In this document: positions 50,277 through 59,550 of the stretch, one piece after another
Position numbering within the stretch: position 1 is the first letter of the stretch
How the letters are laid out: each line of letters begins with the position of its first letter
From: an uncultured delta proteobacterium
GTDB lineage: Bacteria > Desulfobacterota > Binatia > Binatales > Binataceae
NCBI GenBank assembly: GCA_963842085.1
Contig: CAWJET010000001.1
Span: forward strand, 2,656,001 to 2,720,000
Reading direction: 5' to 3'
Length of the DNA: 64,000 nt
Program-made: the position numbers and the translations under genes
Notes under the pieces: model-generated
Database searches by the model: none
Told to the model about the DNA's origin: nothing
What the model saw: only the letters and a program-made list of their open reading frames with translations

Positions 50277-51454
50277 GATTTCCTTCCCGAGATCAGTGCG
50301 AGGACGCCCGAGTATTGGAGCAGAGAAGTCTGCTCCGCGAGCGAGCTGATTTCGAAACCGGTGAAGAAGCCGGCGATCGGAACAGGTCCGAGGTAGCGCC
50401 TGATGTACGCGGAATCGTGACCGGGGATGTTGTAGAGGCCGGCGCCGCGCGAGACGCAATCGAAGTACAGGCCGAACGCGGGCGGCGCGTCCAGGCGGTC
50501 GCTTAATTCTTGCAGCGTTGCCTTCAAGTCCTCGCGCGAGCGTTCGGCGTCGCGCAGCACGAACCCGACCGTGTCGCCCACTTTGGGCTGGAACGCGACC
50601 GCGATAACGCCGTGCTCCTCGCTGGCGCCGACGATATTGCGCACAACGAACTGTCCCCGCTCGATCGTCTGCGTGTTCTCGTACACGGGAACCGCAACGA
50701 AGACGTAGGCCAGCGCGCGCCGCAGATCGGCAGCCAGGGGTCCGGCGGCCTCGGCGAAGACTTCGTAGGCCGGCCGGCCGTCGAGCTCGATCACGATATT
50801 GTCGCGCGCGGCGGTCACGCGATGCGCCGTTCCGATCAGGCCGCATGCGATCGAATTCGCCAGCGTCAGGTCGAAGTCGCCCGCCAGCAGCATCCCGGAG
50901 ACCGCATTCGAGCTGATCGTGTCGCCGCAGAAAACAAACGTCTCGCCAATTGAGCCGTCCTCGCTGGCGCCGCCGCCCGCGATCTTCACGCCGGGCAATT
51001 CAGTCCGGAGAGCCTCGAGCGTGGCCTCGGCTTCGAAGTTGTAAGTGTCGGCAAAAAGAATCAGCAGGTTCGTTTTGCCGAGATTGGAGCGCACCGCCGA
51101 CGCCACGTCAGCGGCGACGCCCGCGGCCCGGCCGCGCAGCGTCGGCGCGAAGAATCGAGTCGCGTGAATGTCTTCGCCGCCGAACACCATCACGGCGAGC
51201 GCGTGTCCGGACTCGATTTCGGTCTCGCCGGCGATGACGCCCATGCTCGAGCATCCCGCGACTTCGCGCGTATGCGCTTCGGAAGCCACCGCGCGCAGAA
51301 TCATCGGGTAAGCCGCGCCGTACGCGGGAGTTGCGAAACAGAGTGCGCCCTTCGCGCGGCTGAGCCCCGCCTGCGCCATCGCGGCGGCGGCTGCCTCGGC
51401 GGCGGCGATCCGCGGATTCAGCGCGGCCGAGAAACCGACGCCCGCTCGAATCAT
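50273..51454 (-). CDS. FIST N/C domain sensory protein
   Basis: GCSS.G.I, GGGAS, ELDGRPA, FDCVSRG, AGFFTGFEI. Confidence 0.88.
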   Translation of the reverse strand: MIRAGVGFSAALNPRIAAAEAAAAAMAQAGLSRAKGALCFATPAYGAAYPMILRAVASEAHTREVAGCSSMGVIAGETEIESGHALAVMVFGGEDIHATRFFAPTLRGRAAGVAADVASAVRSNLGKTNLLILFADTYNFEAEATLEALRTELPGVKIAGGGASEDGSIGETFVFCGDTISSNAVSGMLLAGDFDLTLANSIACGLIGTAHRVTAARDNIVIELDGRPAYEVFAEAAGPLAADLRRALAYVFVAVPVYENTQTIERGQFVVRNIVGASEEHGVIAVAFQPKVGDTVGFVLRDAERSREDLKATLQELSDRLDAPPAFGLYFDCVSRGAGLYNIPGHDSAYIRRYLGPVPIAGFFTGFEISSLAEQTSLLQYSGVLALISGRKS

Positions 51455-51462
51455 TGCATCAC

Positions 51463-52950
51463 CTATTGGCGGCCTCCGAAAATCTTGAGCAACTCTACCA
51501 TCCGTTGAATTCCGTCGGCGAGTTCCTTGACGCCGATTCGCTCGTTGATCCCGTGAACGCCCTTAGCCTCGACGGGAAGCACTTCGATTGGGATGAAGCC
51601 GTAGGAGACGATTTTCTTCTGGCGGAAGTAATGGCTGTCGGTGAACCCGATGATCATCGAGGGCACGACGCTGGCCTGGTCGTGGTCTTTGGCCAGCCTC
51701 GCAATCGCGGTCATCAACGGCGAGCGCGACGGCGACGAGATCGGCGGGAAGTTCAGCATCACGTCGATCTTGATGGTATCGTCGCCGATCACTTTTTTGA
51801 TGTCGCTCATGACCTTCTTGGGATCGCTGCCCGGCAGCAGCCGGCAATCGATTTCGGCGTACGCGGTCTCGGAAATCACGTTGGTCTTGGGGCTGGCGGA
51901 CAGCACCGTGGGCGTGATGGTGTCGCGCACCCGCGCGTTCTGGCCTGGATCGGAGAGAAACGTCTTGAGATAGGCGGGACTCTTCAGCGCGGCGGCGAGA
52001 TCGAGAAACGGCCGGGGGCCATTATCGAGCTCGGCCATCGCGTGAAAGTAATCCTGTACCGGGCCGACGACGTGGATCGGCGTTTTGTAGTCGATCAATT
52101 TATCCAGCGCCCGAACCAGGCGCGTGACCGCGGTTTCCGGCGGCGGATCGGAGGCGTGCCCGGCCGGGCCGCTGGCCGTAAGCTTGAGCCACAGCGGCGT
52201 TTTTTCGGTGACTGACACCACGTAGGCTTTGCGGTTGCCGGTCAGCCCGCGAATTCCGCCGCCTTCGTTGAGCAGGTAGCCGGCGTCGGAGAAGACGTTG
52301 GCCTCGTGATCGACGAACCATCCCGCGCCATTCTTACCCCCCTCTTCTTCGTCGCCGGTAGCGACAAACAGCACGTCGCGATCGAGCAGGATGCCCGCGC
52401 GCTTGATCGCGAGCATCGCCATCAACTCGATCACGCCGGGGCCCTTGTCGTCGATCGAGCCGCGTCCCCAGATTTTTCCATCCTTGACGGCGCCCGAGAA
52501 CGGCGGCACCTCCCATTCCTTGGGATTGGCCGGCACCACGTCCATGTGGCTCAGCAGGATGATCGACTCGGTATGCTTGCCGATGCCGCGCAAACGCGCG
52601 GCGACAATTCCGCGTCCGTGCTGCGGCTCCCAGGTTGTAGCGGGAATTCCGTCGGTCAGAAATTTCTCCTTGAGCATCCGCGCCGCGCCCAGCTCGTTGC
52701 CGGGCGGATTGGTCGTGTCGATCTGGATATACTTCGACAGCAGGTCGGTCGCTTCCTGCGTGACTTTGTCCCAGTTGATCGGCTGAGGGGGCGGCGCCTT
52801 GGACACGCTCTTGGACTCAGCGGGCAGAACGTTCGAAGTGGCCGCCGGAGAGGCGGCGAAGGCAGACCCGTAAGTCGCGAGACAGGCCAGCATACAGGCG
52901 GCGGCAATCGCGATCGCGCGGCATCGCGCGAAATTTACGATTTCGGTCAC
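51463..52950 (-). CDS. Secreted M20/M25/M40 metallohydrolase
   Basis: Signal peptide; SHMDVV, GRGSIDDKG, DEEEGG, TDS, HG.NE. Confidence 0.9.
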   Translation of the reverse strand: MTEIVNFARCRAIAIAAACMLACLATYGSAFAASPAATSNVLPAESKSVSKAPPPQPINWDKVTQEATDLLSKYIQIDTTNPPGNELGAARMLKEKFLTDGIPATTWEPQHGRGIVAARLRGIGKHTESIILLSHMDVVPANPKEWEVPPFSGAVKDGKIWGRGSIDDKGPGVIELMAMLAIKRAGILLDRDVLFVATGDEEEGGKNGAGWFVDHEANVFSDAGYLLNEGGGIRGLTGNRKAYVVSVTEKTPLWLKLTASGPAGHASDPPPETAVTRLVRALDKLIDYKTPIHVVGPVQDYFHAMAELDNGPRPFLDLAAALKSPAYLKTFLSDPGQNARVRDTITPTVLSASPKTNVISETAYAEIDCRLLPGSDPKKVMSDIKKVIGDDTIKIDVMLNFPPISSPSRSPLMTAIARLAKDHDQASVVPSMIIGFTDSHYFRQKKIVSYGFIPIEVLPVEAKGVHGINERIGVKELADGIQRMVELLKIFGGRQ

Positions 52951-53044
52951 GCCATGAAAGAACTACGGCGCGAGCGCGCCGTCAACCGCTCGACGGTCGA
53001 AAGTGCGGCTGAAGCGAACGCCTCAATCACAAGGCGCGCGTTAA

Positions 53045-53076
53045 TTGACCGCATACCGGGATTCGGTATATACGAT
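53045..53076 (+). promoter_or_regulatory. higBA promoter region with operator palindrome
   Basis: TTGACC followed by the inverted repeat ATACCG-N5-CGGTAT (53053-53069). Confidence 0.55.
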
Positions 53077-53084
53077 TAAACGTT

Positions 53085-53362
53085 GTGATTCGTTCCTTCG
53101 GCGATGAGCAAACCAGGGTATTATTCGCCGATCGCTTCGTGCGCCAGTTCCAGGGCGTGGCCCGTCGTGCGAAGCGCAAGCTGGAGGCCCTGAATGCGGC
53201 GGGTCGGCTTGAAGATCTAAGGGTGCCTCCTTCGAATCGGCTGGAAAAGCTGAAAGGCGAACTGAAAGACTTCTACTCGATTCGAGTGAACGATCAGTGG
53301 CGCGTGATTTTCAAGTGGAGCGATGGTGACGCCGAGGAGGTAGAGTCGTTGACTACCACTAG
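53085..53362 (+). pseudogene. higB: HigB (RelE-family) toxin, frameshifted near its C-terminus and read through into higA
   Basis: MIRSF..., LRVPPSNRLEKLKG, YSIRVNDQWRVIFKW. The expected ending VDYH* (GTT GAC TAC CAC TAG) is in another frame after GAG TC. Confidence 0.85.
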
Positions 53363-53372
53363 GAGAGTTTCG

Positions 53373-53675
53373 ATGAAGAATGAATTTGCGCCCGTCACTC
53401 CCGGCGAGATGTTGAAGGAGGAATTCCTGGCCGAATATGGGCTGTCGCAAAATCAGCTTGCGAAGGCAATTGGCATTTCTCCGAATCGGATCGCCGAGAT
53501 CGTGAACAACCGTCGCCGGATAACCGCTGACACGGCGCTGCGATTGGGATTGTATTTCGGTAACAGTCCGGAGTTCTGGCTGAATCTTCAGACCCACTAC
53601 GATCTCAAGATGGCGCGCAAGAATCTCAGGCCCGAGGCCGTGAAGCGGAGCGCGCAGCCTGAACGACCTAGCTGA
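53373..53675 (+). CDS. higA: HigA antitoxin (XRE HTH)
   Basis: Has its own AGGAGA RBS; TPGEMLKEEFL, ITADTALRL, FWLNLQ. Confidence 0.9.
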   Translation: MKNEFAPVTPGEMLKEEFLAEYGLSQNQLAKAIGISPNRIAEIVNNRRRITADTALRLGLYFGNSPEFWLNLQTHYDLKMARKNLRPEAVKRSAQPERPS

Positions 53676-53697
53676 GATTGATTCGACAGATCGACAG

Positions 53698-54411
53698 ATG
53701 GCATCGGCTAAGAAAACCGAAACGTCGCGGAGTCCGACGACGCGGCGGGCGCCGCTTGATGCGCGCATGGTGAGTCGCGTGCTGCGCGTGCTCAGGCGCG
53801 AGGCGCCGAAGTGGAACGCGCCGATCGTGAGCTTCATCGCGGTGCAGCATCGCGATCCGTTCCGCACGCTCATCTCGTGCATCCTGAGTCTGCGCACCAA
53901 GGACGCGACGACGGCGGCGGCGTCGACTCGATTGTTCGCAAGAGCGCATACGCCCGAAGCGATACTTTCGCTGGCGCCCAAGACGCTCGAGCGGCTTATC
54001 TTTCCGGTGGGCTTCTATCGCACCAAGGCGCGCGTCATCCGCGGAATATGCCGCGACCTGATCGAAAAATTCGGCGGCCGCGTGCCCGACGAAATCGACG
54101 CGCTGCTGACGCTCAAAGGCGTCGGGCGCAAGACCGCCAACCTGGTCGTGACCGAGGCGTACGCCAAGCCGGGCATCTGCGTCGATACTCACGTGCATCG
54201 AATTTCGAATCGGTGGGGCCTGGTGCGCACCAAGACTCCCGACAAGACCGAGATTGCGCTGCGCGCGGTGCTGCCGTTGCGGCATTGGATTGAGTACAAC
54301 GGGATCCTGGTGGCGTTCGGCCAGACGATTTGTCATCCGACGTCGCCGTGGTGCTCGCGATGCAAAATCGCGTCGCTGTGCCCGCGGATCGGAGTCGTAC
54401 ATTCGCGCTGA
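53698..54411 (+). CDS. nth: Endonuclease III
   Basis: HhH motif LKGVGRKTAN, VDTHVHR, C-X6-C-X2-C-X5-C. Confidence 0.93.
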   Translation: MASAKKTETSRSPTTRRAPLDARMVSRVLRVLRREAPKWNAPIVSFIAVQHRDPFRTLISCILSLRTKDATTAAASTRLFARAHTPEAILSLAPKTLERLIFPVGFYRTKARVIRGICRDLIEKFGGRVPDEIDALLTLKGVGRKTANLVVTEAYAKPGICVDTHVHRISNRWGLVRTKTPDKTEIALRAVLPLRHWIEYNGILVAFGQTICHPTSPWCSRCKIASLCPRIGVVHSR

Positions 54412-54474
54412 CCCCGAAGTCGCCGCGTAGTCGAATTCATTGCGACAGGCGGGCCGAGTGATAGCCTGAATTTT

Positions 54475-55371
54475 ATGACACATAAGATCGGATTTGTCGG
54501 ACTGGGCGCGATGGGTCTGCCGATGGCGGCGAACCTGCTGGCCGCGGGATACCATCTGACGGTTTACAACCGCACCGCGTCGAAGGCGGAGCCTCTCGTT
54601 GCCAAGGGGGCGCATCGCGCAGCCCGAGCGGGCGACGTCGCGCATTCGGGGGGTGTCGTGGTTTCGATGCTTGCGGATGATGCGTCGGTCAAGGCGCTGG
54701 TGACAGGCGAGGATGCGCTCGCCGAGCATCTGGCGCCTGACGGGATTCATATCTCGATGAGCACGGTGTCACCGGCGACTACGCGGGAACTCGCCGCATA
54801 TCATGCGTCGCGCGGGAGCGTGATGTTGGCGGCGCCGGTGTTCGGGCGGCCGAACGCTGCACAGGCGAAGCAGTTGCGGATCTGCGTTTCGGGGCCGGCT
54901 GACGCGAAGGCCAAGGTGAAACCGCTCCTCGATGCGATGGGGCAGGAGGTCTTCGACTTTGGCGACAATCCCGGCGCGGCGAACGTGGTAAAGCTCGCGG
55001 GCAACTTCATGATCGCGGCCGCGCTCGAGTCGATGGGCGAGGCGGTCGCTATGATGCGCAAGAGCGGCGTCGATCCGGCGGCGGCGCTCGAGATGCTGGC
55101 GAAAACGATCTTTGCGGCGCCGGTGTACCAGGGCTACGGCCCAATCATCGCTCATGGGCGGTTCACGCCGGCGGGGTTTCGGCTGCCGCTCGGACTCAAG
55201 GATATCGACCTCGTGCTGCAGACCGCATTTGCGGCGAACGTGCCGATGCCGACGGCAAGCCTGCTGCGGGATCGATTCGTCTCGGCGATTGCCAAGGGGC
55301 GCGCCGATCTGGACTGGTCCGCGATCGCTTTGGGAGCGGCCGACGACGCCGGACTCAAGGAACCGCGTTAG
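54475..55371 (+). CDS. NAD(P)-dependent beta-hydroxyacid dehydrogenase (3-HIBADH/6PGD family)
   Basis: IGFVGLGAMG, YNRT, APVFG, VKLAGN, LGLKD. Confidence 0.9.
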   Translation: MTHKIGFVGLGAMGLPMAANLLAAGYHLTVYNRTASKAEPLVAKGAHRAARAGDVAHSGGVVVSMLADDASVKALVTGEDALAEHLAPDGIHISMSTVSPATTRELAAYHASRGSVMLAAPVFGRPNAAQAKQLRICVSGPADAKAKVKPLLDAMGQEVFDFGDNPGAANVVKLAGNFMIAAALESMGEAVAMMRKSGVDPAAALEMLAKTIFAAPVYQGYGPIIAHGRFTPAGFRLPLGLKDIDLVLQTAFAANVPMPTASLLRDRFVSAIAKGRADLDWSAIALGAADDAGLKEPR

Positions 55372-55392
55372 AGGACTTCATCCGAGACGCCG

Positions 55393-56175
55393 GTGGCGAA
55401 GTACGTCCGTCATATTTTTGCGCTCGCGCTGTGCCTCGTCGCGATGCTCGCGGTTGCGCGTCCGTCGCACGCGATCGACTTCTATGAAATTCAGATTTAC
55501 GACACGGATACTGCGCCGGTCGGTCACCTGACGCTTGAATTGCATTCAAACACGACCTCGACGGCGACCGGGCAGTTGGCGAAAAGCCAGACGGATGTTT
55601 ACCAGGTGCACGAGACGGTCGAGGGCACCTACGGAGTCGTCCGCTGGCTGGAGGTCGGCCAGTATTTCTGCACCGCGAAGCTATCCAACGGCGGCTACGA
55701 ATACTCGGGGTCGCGCACGAAAGTTCATTTCGGAATCCCGCAGACGTTCGAGTGGCCGGTGCAATTCGGCGGCAATATCGAGCTCGACTACATGCGGCAC
55801 GCGGCCGAGGAAAATCCGACGACGCTCGAGCTGCGGCCGATCGCCGGCGCGAGCTACAAGGGATTTCGGCTGGTCGGGAACTTCGCCTTCGAGGATCCGT
55901 TCAGCGGTCCGGGGGCGCATCGCGGAATGCAATTCGATCCGTCGGGCATGCTGGTTTACAAGCTCAACGACTGGCTTTCGCCGGCGCTCGAATACTACGG
56001 CGACATGGGCTCGATTCAGCCGCTGGCAAAGGTGCAGGAGCAGCAGCACTTCATCGTGCCGGCCCTGAATTTTGATTTCATTCCGCAACTCGAGCTGAAC
56101 CTGGGCGTGGGCATCGGAGTGACTCGCGCGAGTAACGGGCTATTTCTTAAATCGATCGTAGGCTGGACGTTTTAG
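55393..56175 (+). CDS. Putative outer-membrane beta-barrel protein
   Basis: Signal peptide, alternating amphipathic strands, C-terminal ..IVGWTF. Confidence 0.75.
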   Translation: MAKYVRHIFALALCLVAMLAVARPSHAIDFYEIQIYDTDTAPVGHLTLELHSNTTSTATGQLAKSQTDVYQVHETVEGTYGVVRWLEVGQYFCTAKLSNGGYEYSGSRTKVHFGIPQTFEWPVQFGGNIELDYMRHAAEENPTTLELRPIAGASYKGFRLVGNFAFEDPFSGPGAHRGMQFDPSGMLVYKLNDWLSPALEYYGDMGSIQPLAKVQEQQHFIVPALNFDFIPQLELNLGVGIGVTRASNGLFLKSIVGWTF

Positions 56176-56224
56176 ATTCATCGTTGCGTGACCGGCGGAG
56201 CTAAACTATCCTCGATCCACGCGC

Positions 56225-57595
56225 TTGGCGCCTTCGATGTCGTTCTCCTCACAAGACAGGCGAGCTGACGAGAAACTCGGGTTAATCCTGGGTAAAGTCG
56301 GTTCCGTACGCACGCGACTGAACTCGCTGGCAATCCAGCATGCGATTTTCTACACCCTCGCGATCGCGATCGCAGGCGGCGCCGTCATATTTGCCGGCGC
56401 GTCCTTGCTGTCGCCGCTCCCGTTCCTGATTGGCAGCTCGGTGCTGGTGGTTATCGCAGCCGTCGGCATTGTGGGCGCGATCGGCGCAGGCTGGAAAATG
56501 CGCGCCAGCGCGGTGCGCGCCGCGGCGGTGGCCGACGATCGCGCCGAGCTGAAGGGCCGTCTCTCGACAATCGTCGCGCTCGAGCGCAGCGAGGGCCGTG
56601 GCCCGCTGTGGCCATACCTGGTTGAGGATACGCTTGCCTGCCAGGACCAATTCGAGGCTGCGCGGATCGAACGGCGCCGAGTCTCGCGCGCGATCTATCC
56701 TCTGGCTGGAGCAATCGTGCTGGCGGCGCTCGCGCTTCCGATTTCGAGGATCAAGCGCGCGCCACAAATCATCCCGGGCGACGGGCAGAACGACGTGACG
56801 GTCGATCTGGACGACCTGCATTTGCGGCCGGCCGAACCGGGCGATGGATCGGGAATGCAGGTCACGGCCAACGCCGCGACCATGCGCCGGCTCGAGGACA
56901 AATTGGCGCGCGAGGGCGCCGCGAATGGCGACGCCGGCGGCAATTCGCTGAACCAACTGGTGAATCGTGCGCGCGACATGGCCGCGAACTTACAGAGCAA
57001 GCTGACCGGACAGCGGGCGCCCTCCAAGCAGCGCCTGACCTTGCGGCTGGCCGACGCCGGCAACGATCAGGATCGGAACGAAATTCATCGTGCGCCCGAT
57101 TCGCAGACGAATCGGCACAGCGACGTTGCGGGACAGTTCAAACAGGAACAGCCAAGTTCCAACCACGAAATCGATCTGCCCAAGCAGGACGATTCGCGTC
57201 AGCCGAATTCGGAGCCGTCGCCCGGCGGCAACGGTGAGGCGAGCGTAGAGTCCGACGCCGGCAACAACAATCCCAATCAGGACGAGAGTGCGACCGATCG
57301 CAGCGTCCAGCAAAGCGGCGAGAACAGCAGCAACGGCGGCTCGGCGCATGGAATCGGGGCCGATCCCGACAGCCTGTTCGGCGCGCCCGCAGCGGCGAAA
57401 CTCGGCAGCGAGGGTTTCGAGATCGCAATCGAAGCGCGACCGGTCGATCGCGGCGCGAAGGGCGCCGGCCGCGCCTACGTTCCTCCCAAAGTGCGCACGC
57501 CGCTCAGCCTGAACCAGGAGCCGGACGAGCCGGTGGCGCGCGCCGCGGTGCCGGCCGACGATCGAACCACTATCAAGCGGGTATTCGAAAGATGA
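56225..57595 (+). CDS. Membrane-anchored protein with a long polar disordered region (MoxR operon accessory)
   Basis: Three TM segments, D.RAELKGRLST motif, Q/N/S/G-rich tract, C-terminal VPADDRTTIKRVFE. Confidence 0.75.
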   Translation: MAPSMSFSSQDRRADEKLGLILGKVGSVRTRLNSLAIQHAIFYTLAIAIAGGAVIFAGASLLSPLPFLIGSSVLVVIAAVGIVGAIGAGWKMRASAVRAAAVADDRAELKGRLSTIVALERSEGRGPLWPYLVEDTLACQDQFEAARIERRRVSRAIYPLAGAIVLAALALPISRIKRAPQIIPGDGQNDVTVDLDDLHLRPAEPGDGSGMQVTANAATMRRLEDKLAREGAANGDAGGNSLNQLVNRARDMAANLQSKLTGQRAPSKQRLTLRLADAGNDQDRNEIHRAPDSQTNRHSDVAGQFKQEQPSSNHEIDLPKQDDSRQPNSEPSPGGNGEASVESDAGNNNPNQDESATDRSVQQSGENSSNGGSAHGIGADPDSLFGAPAAAKLGSEGFEIAIEARPVDRGAKGAGRAYVPPKVRTPLSLNQEPDEPVARAAVPADDRTTIKRVFER

Positions 57596-58632
57596 GCGAG
57601 GTGCAGGCGGAAACGCCAACGGTGGCGGATTTCGCCCGGACGTTTCGGCGCATCCAGGCCGAGATCCACAAGACGATCATCGGGCACGAGCAGGCCGTCG
57701 AGGAGTTGTTGTCGGCGCTGTTTGCGGGCGGCCACGTGCTGATCGAAGGCGTGCCCGGCACCGGCAAGACGACCCTGGTCAAGACACTGGGGCTGGCGCT
57801 CAACCTGAGCTTCAACCGAATTCAGTTCACCGTCGATCTGATGCCGGCCGATATAACCGGCACGCGCGTGATTTTGTCGGGCGAGGACGGGCGGCGCGAA
57901 TTCACCTTTCAGCCGGGGCCCGCGTTCTGCCACATCCTGCTGGGTGACGAAATAAATCGCGCGACGCCCAAGACGCAGTCCGCCCTGCTCGAGGCGATGG
58001 CGGAGTTGCAGGTGACCGTATCGGGCACGACTTACCGCCTCAAACCGCCGTACTTCGTGATGGCGACGCTCAATCCGATCGAGATGGAGGGCACTTATCC
58101 GCTGCCGGAAGCGCAGCTCGATCGCTTCCTGTTCAAAGTCCGCTTGAACTATCCGGACGAAGGCGAACTGACTCGAATCATCTCGTCGACCACCGGGCCC
58201 GAAGAAGCGGGAATCCAGCCGATTTTCCACGCCGACGAAGCGGCCGAGCGAGTCGAGGCGCTGAAACGGCTGGTGCGCGAGGTGATCGCGGCGCCGGCGA
58301 TGGAGATATACGCGGCGCGGCTGGTGCGAGCGACGCAGCCGCAGAACTCGCGCTTCGTGACCGACGAAGCCCGGGCCGTGCACGACGAGATGGTCAATCG
58401 CTACGTGATGTTCGGCTCGAGCCCGCGCGGTGCGCAGGCGCTTATCCTGGGCGCCAAGGTGCGGGCGCTGCTCGACGGGCGCGCCAATATCGCGCATGAA
58501 GACATCGAGCAGGTGGCGGTTGCCGCGCTGACCCATCGCATCATGCTCAACTACGCCGCGCTGTCCGACGGAATCGACGCCGCGCATATTGTCGAGCGCG
58601 TCGTCAAGTCGGTTCGCGCTGCGAAGTTGTAG
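57592..58632 (+). CDS. moxR: MoxR-family AAA+ ATPase
   Basis: GVPGTGKT, RIQFT.DLMPADITG, DEINRATPKTQSALLE, NPIEMEGTYPLPEAQLDRF. Confidence 0.95.
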   Translation: MSEVQAETPTVADFARTFRRIQAEIHKTIIGHEQAVEELLSALFAGGHVLIEGVPGTGKTTLVKTLGLALNLSFNRIQFTVDLMPADITGTRVILSGEDGRREFTFQPGPAFCHILLGDEINRATPKTQSALLEAMAELQVTVSGTTYRLKPPYFVMATLNPIEMEGTYPLPEAQLDRFLFKVRLNYPDEGELTRIISSTTGPEEAGIQPIFHADEAAERVEALKRLVREVIAAPAMEIYAARLVRATQPQNSRFVTDEARAVHDEMVNRYVMFGSSPRGAQALILGAKVRALLDGRANIAHEDIEQVAVAALTHRIMLNYAALSDGIDAAHIVERVVKSVRAAKL

Positions 58633-58642
58633 GCGGTCGACA

Positions 58643-59548
58643 ATGCTCGAGGTGCGCGCATTCGAGCCGGAGTTTTTGCGCAAGCTCGACCGCCTGGTGC
58701 TGGGCATCAAGCGTGCCCGCACGGTGCGCGCGGGCCAGCGTGCGCTGGGCAGAGTCCAGGGACTCGGAATCGAACCGGAAAATTTCAAGGAGTACGCGCT
58801 CGGCGACGATTTGCGGTTTCTCGATTGGAACGCGTTCGCGCGGCTTGACGAATTGATGCTGCGGACCTACCGCGCCGATCGCCAGATCGAGGTCACCTCG
58901 CTGGTCGATGCGAGCGCGTCGATGGGTTTGCCCGAGCGCGACGACAAGCTGGGGCTCGCGCTGGCCATTGGCGCGTCGCTCGCCTACATCGGGATGGCCG
59001 ACAACGACGCGGTTCGCATCGGCACGTTCTCGATGCACCGCGGCGCGATGAAGTTCGAAGCGACGCCGTTCCATCGCCGCCGCGAGTCGTACCTCAACTT
59101 CAAGCCGTTCGTCACGTCGGTGAAAGCGGGCGGCGAGACCCGCCTCGGCGCGGCGGTCGATCAGTTGCTCCTGCAGCGCCGGCCGGCAGGAACGGTGGTG
59201 GTCATTTCAGATTTCCTGGCGAGCGAAAGCGACATCGAAGACGCGCTCAAGCGGATGGTGGCGGCCCGCTGCGACGTAAAGGTTATCCACGTGATGGGTG
59301 AGCAGGAGAGCACTGCTGCGTATCCGCCGGGAATGTTCCGCGTGCGCGACGCGGAGACCGGCGAAGTCCGCGAGACCGTGCTGGGGCCGGCTGCGGTCGC
59401 CGCGCTGCGGCGCAAGGTCGAGAAGATCGCCGCACGCATACGCGAGATTTGCACCGCGCACGCGATTACCTATGCGCAGGCGTTCGGCGCGGGCAATCTG
59501 GACAGTTTTATGGAACGCGAACTCCCGCTGCTGGGAATCGTGAGATAG
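58643..59548 (+). CDS. DUF58 protein (VWA-like)
   Basis: EY..GDDLRFLDWN..AR, VDASASM, VVISDF. Confidence 0.92.
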   Translation: MLEVRAFEPEFLRKLDRLVLGIKRARTVRAGQRALGRVQGLGIEPENFKEYALGDDLRFLDWNAFARLDELMLRTYRADRQIEVTSLVDASASMGLPERDDKLGLALAIGASLAYIGMADNDAVRIGTFSMHRGAMKFEATPFHRRRESYLNFKPFVTSVKAGGETRLGAAVDQLLLQRRPAGTVVVISDFLASESDIEDALKRMVAARCDVKVIHVMGEQESTAAYPPGMFRVRDAETGEVRETVLGPAAVAALRRKVEKIAARIREICTAHAITYAQAFGAGNLDSFMERELPLLGIVR

Positions 59549-59550
59549 CC

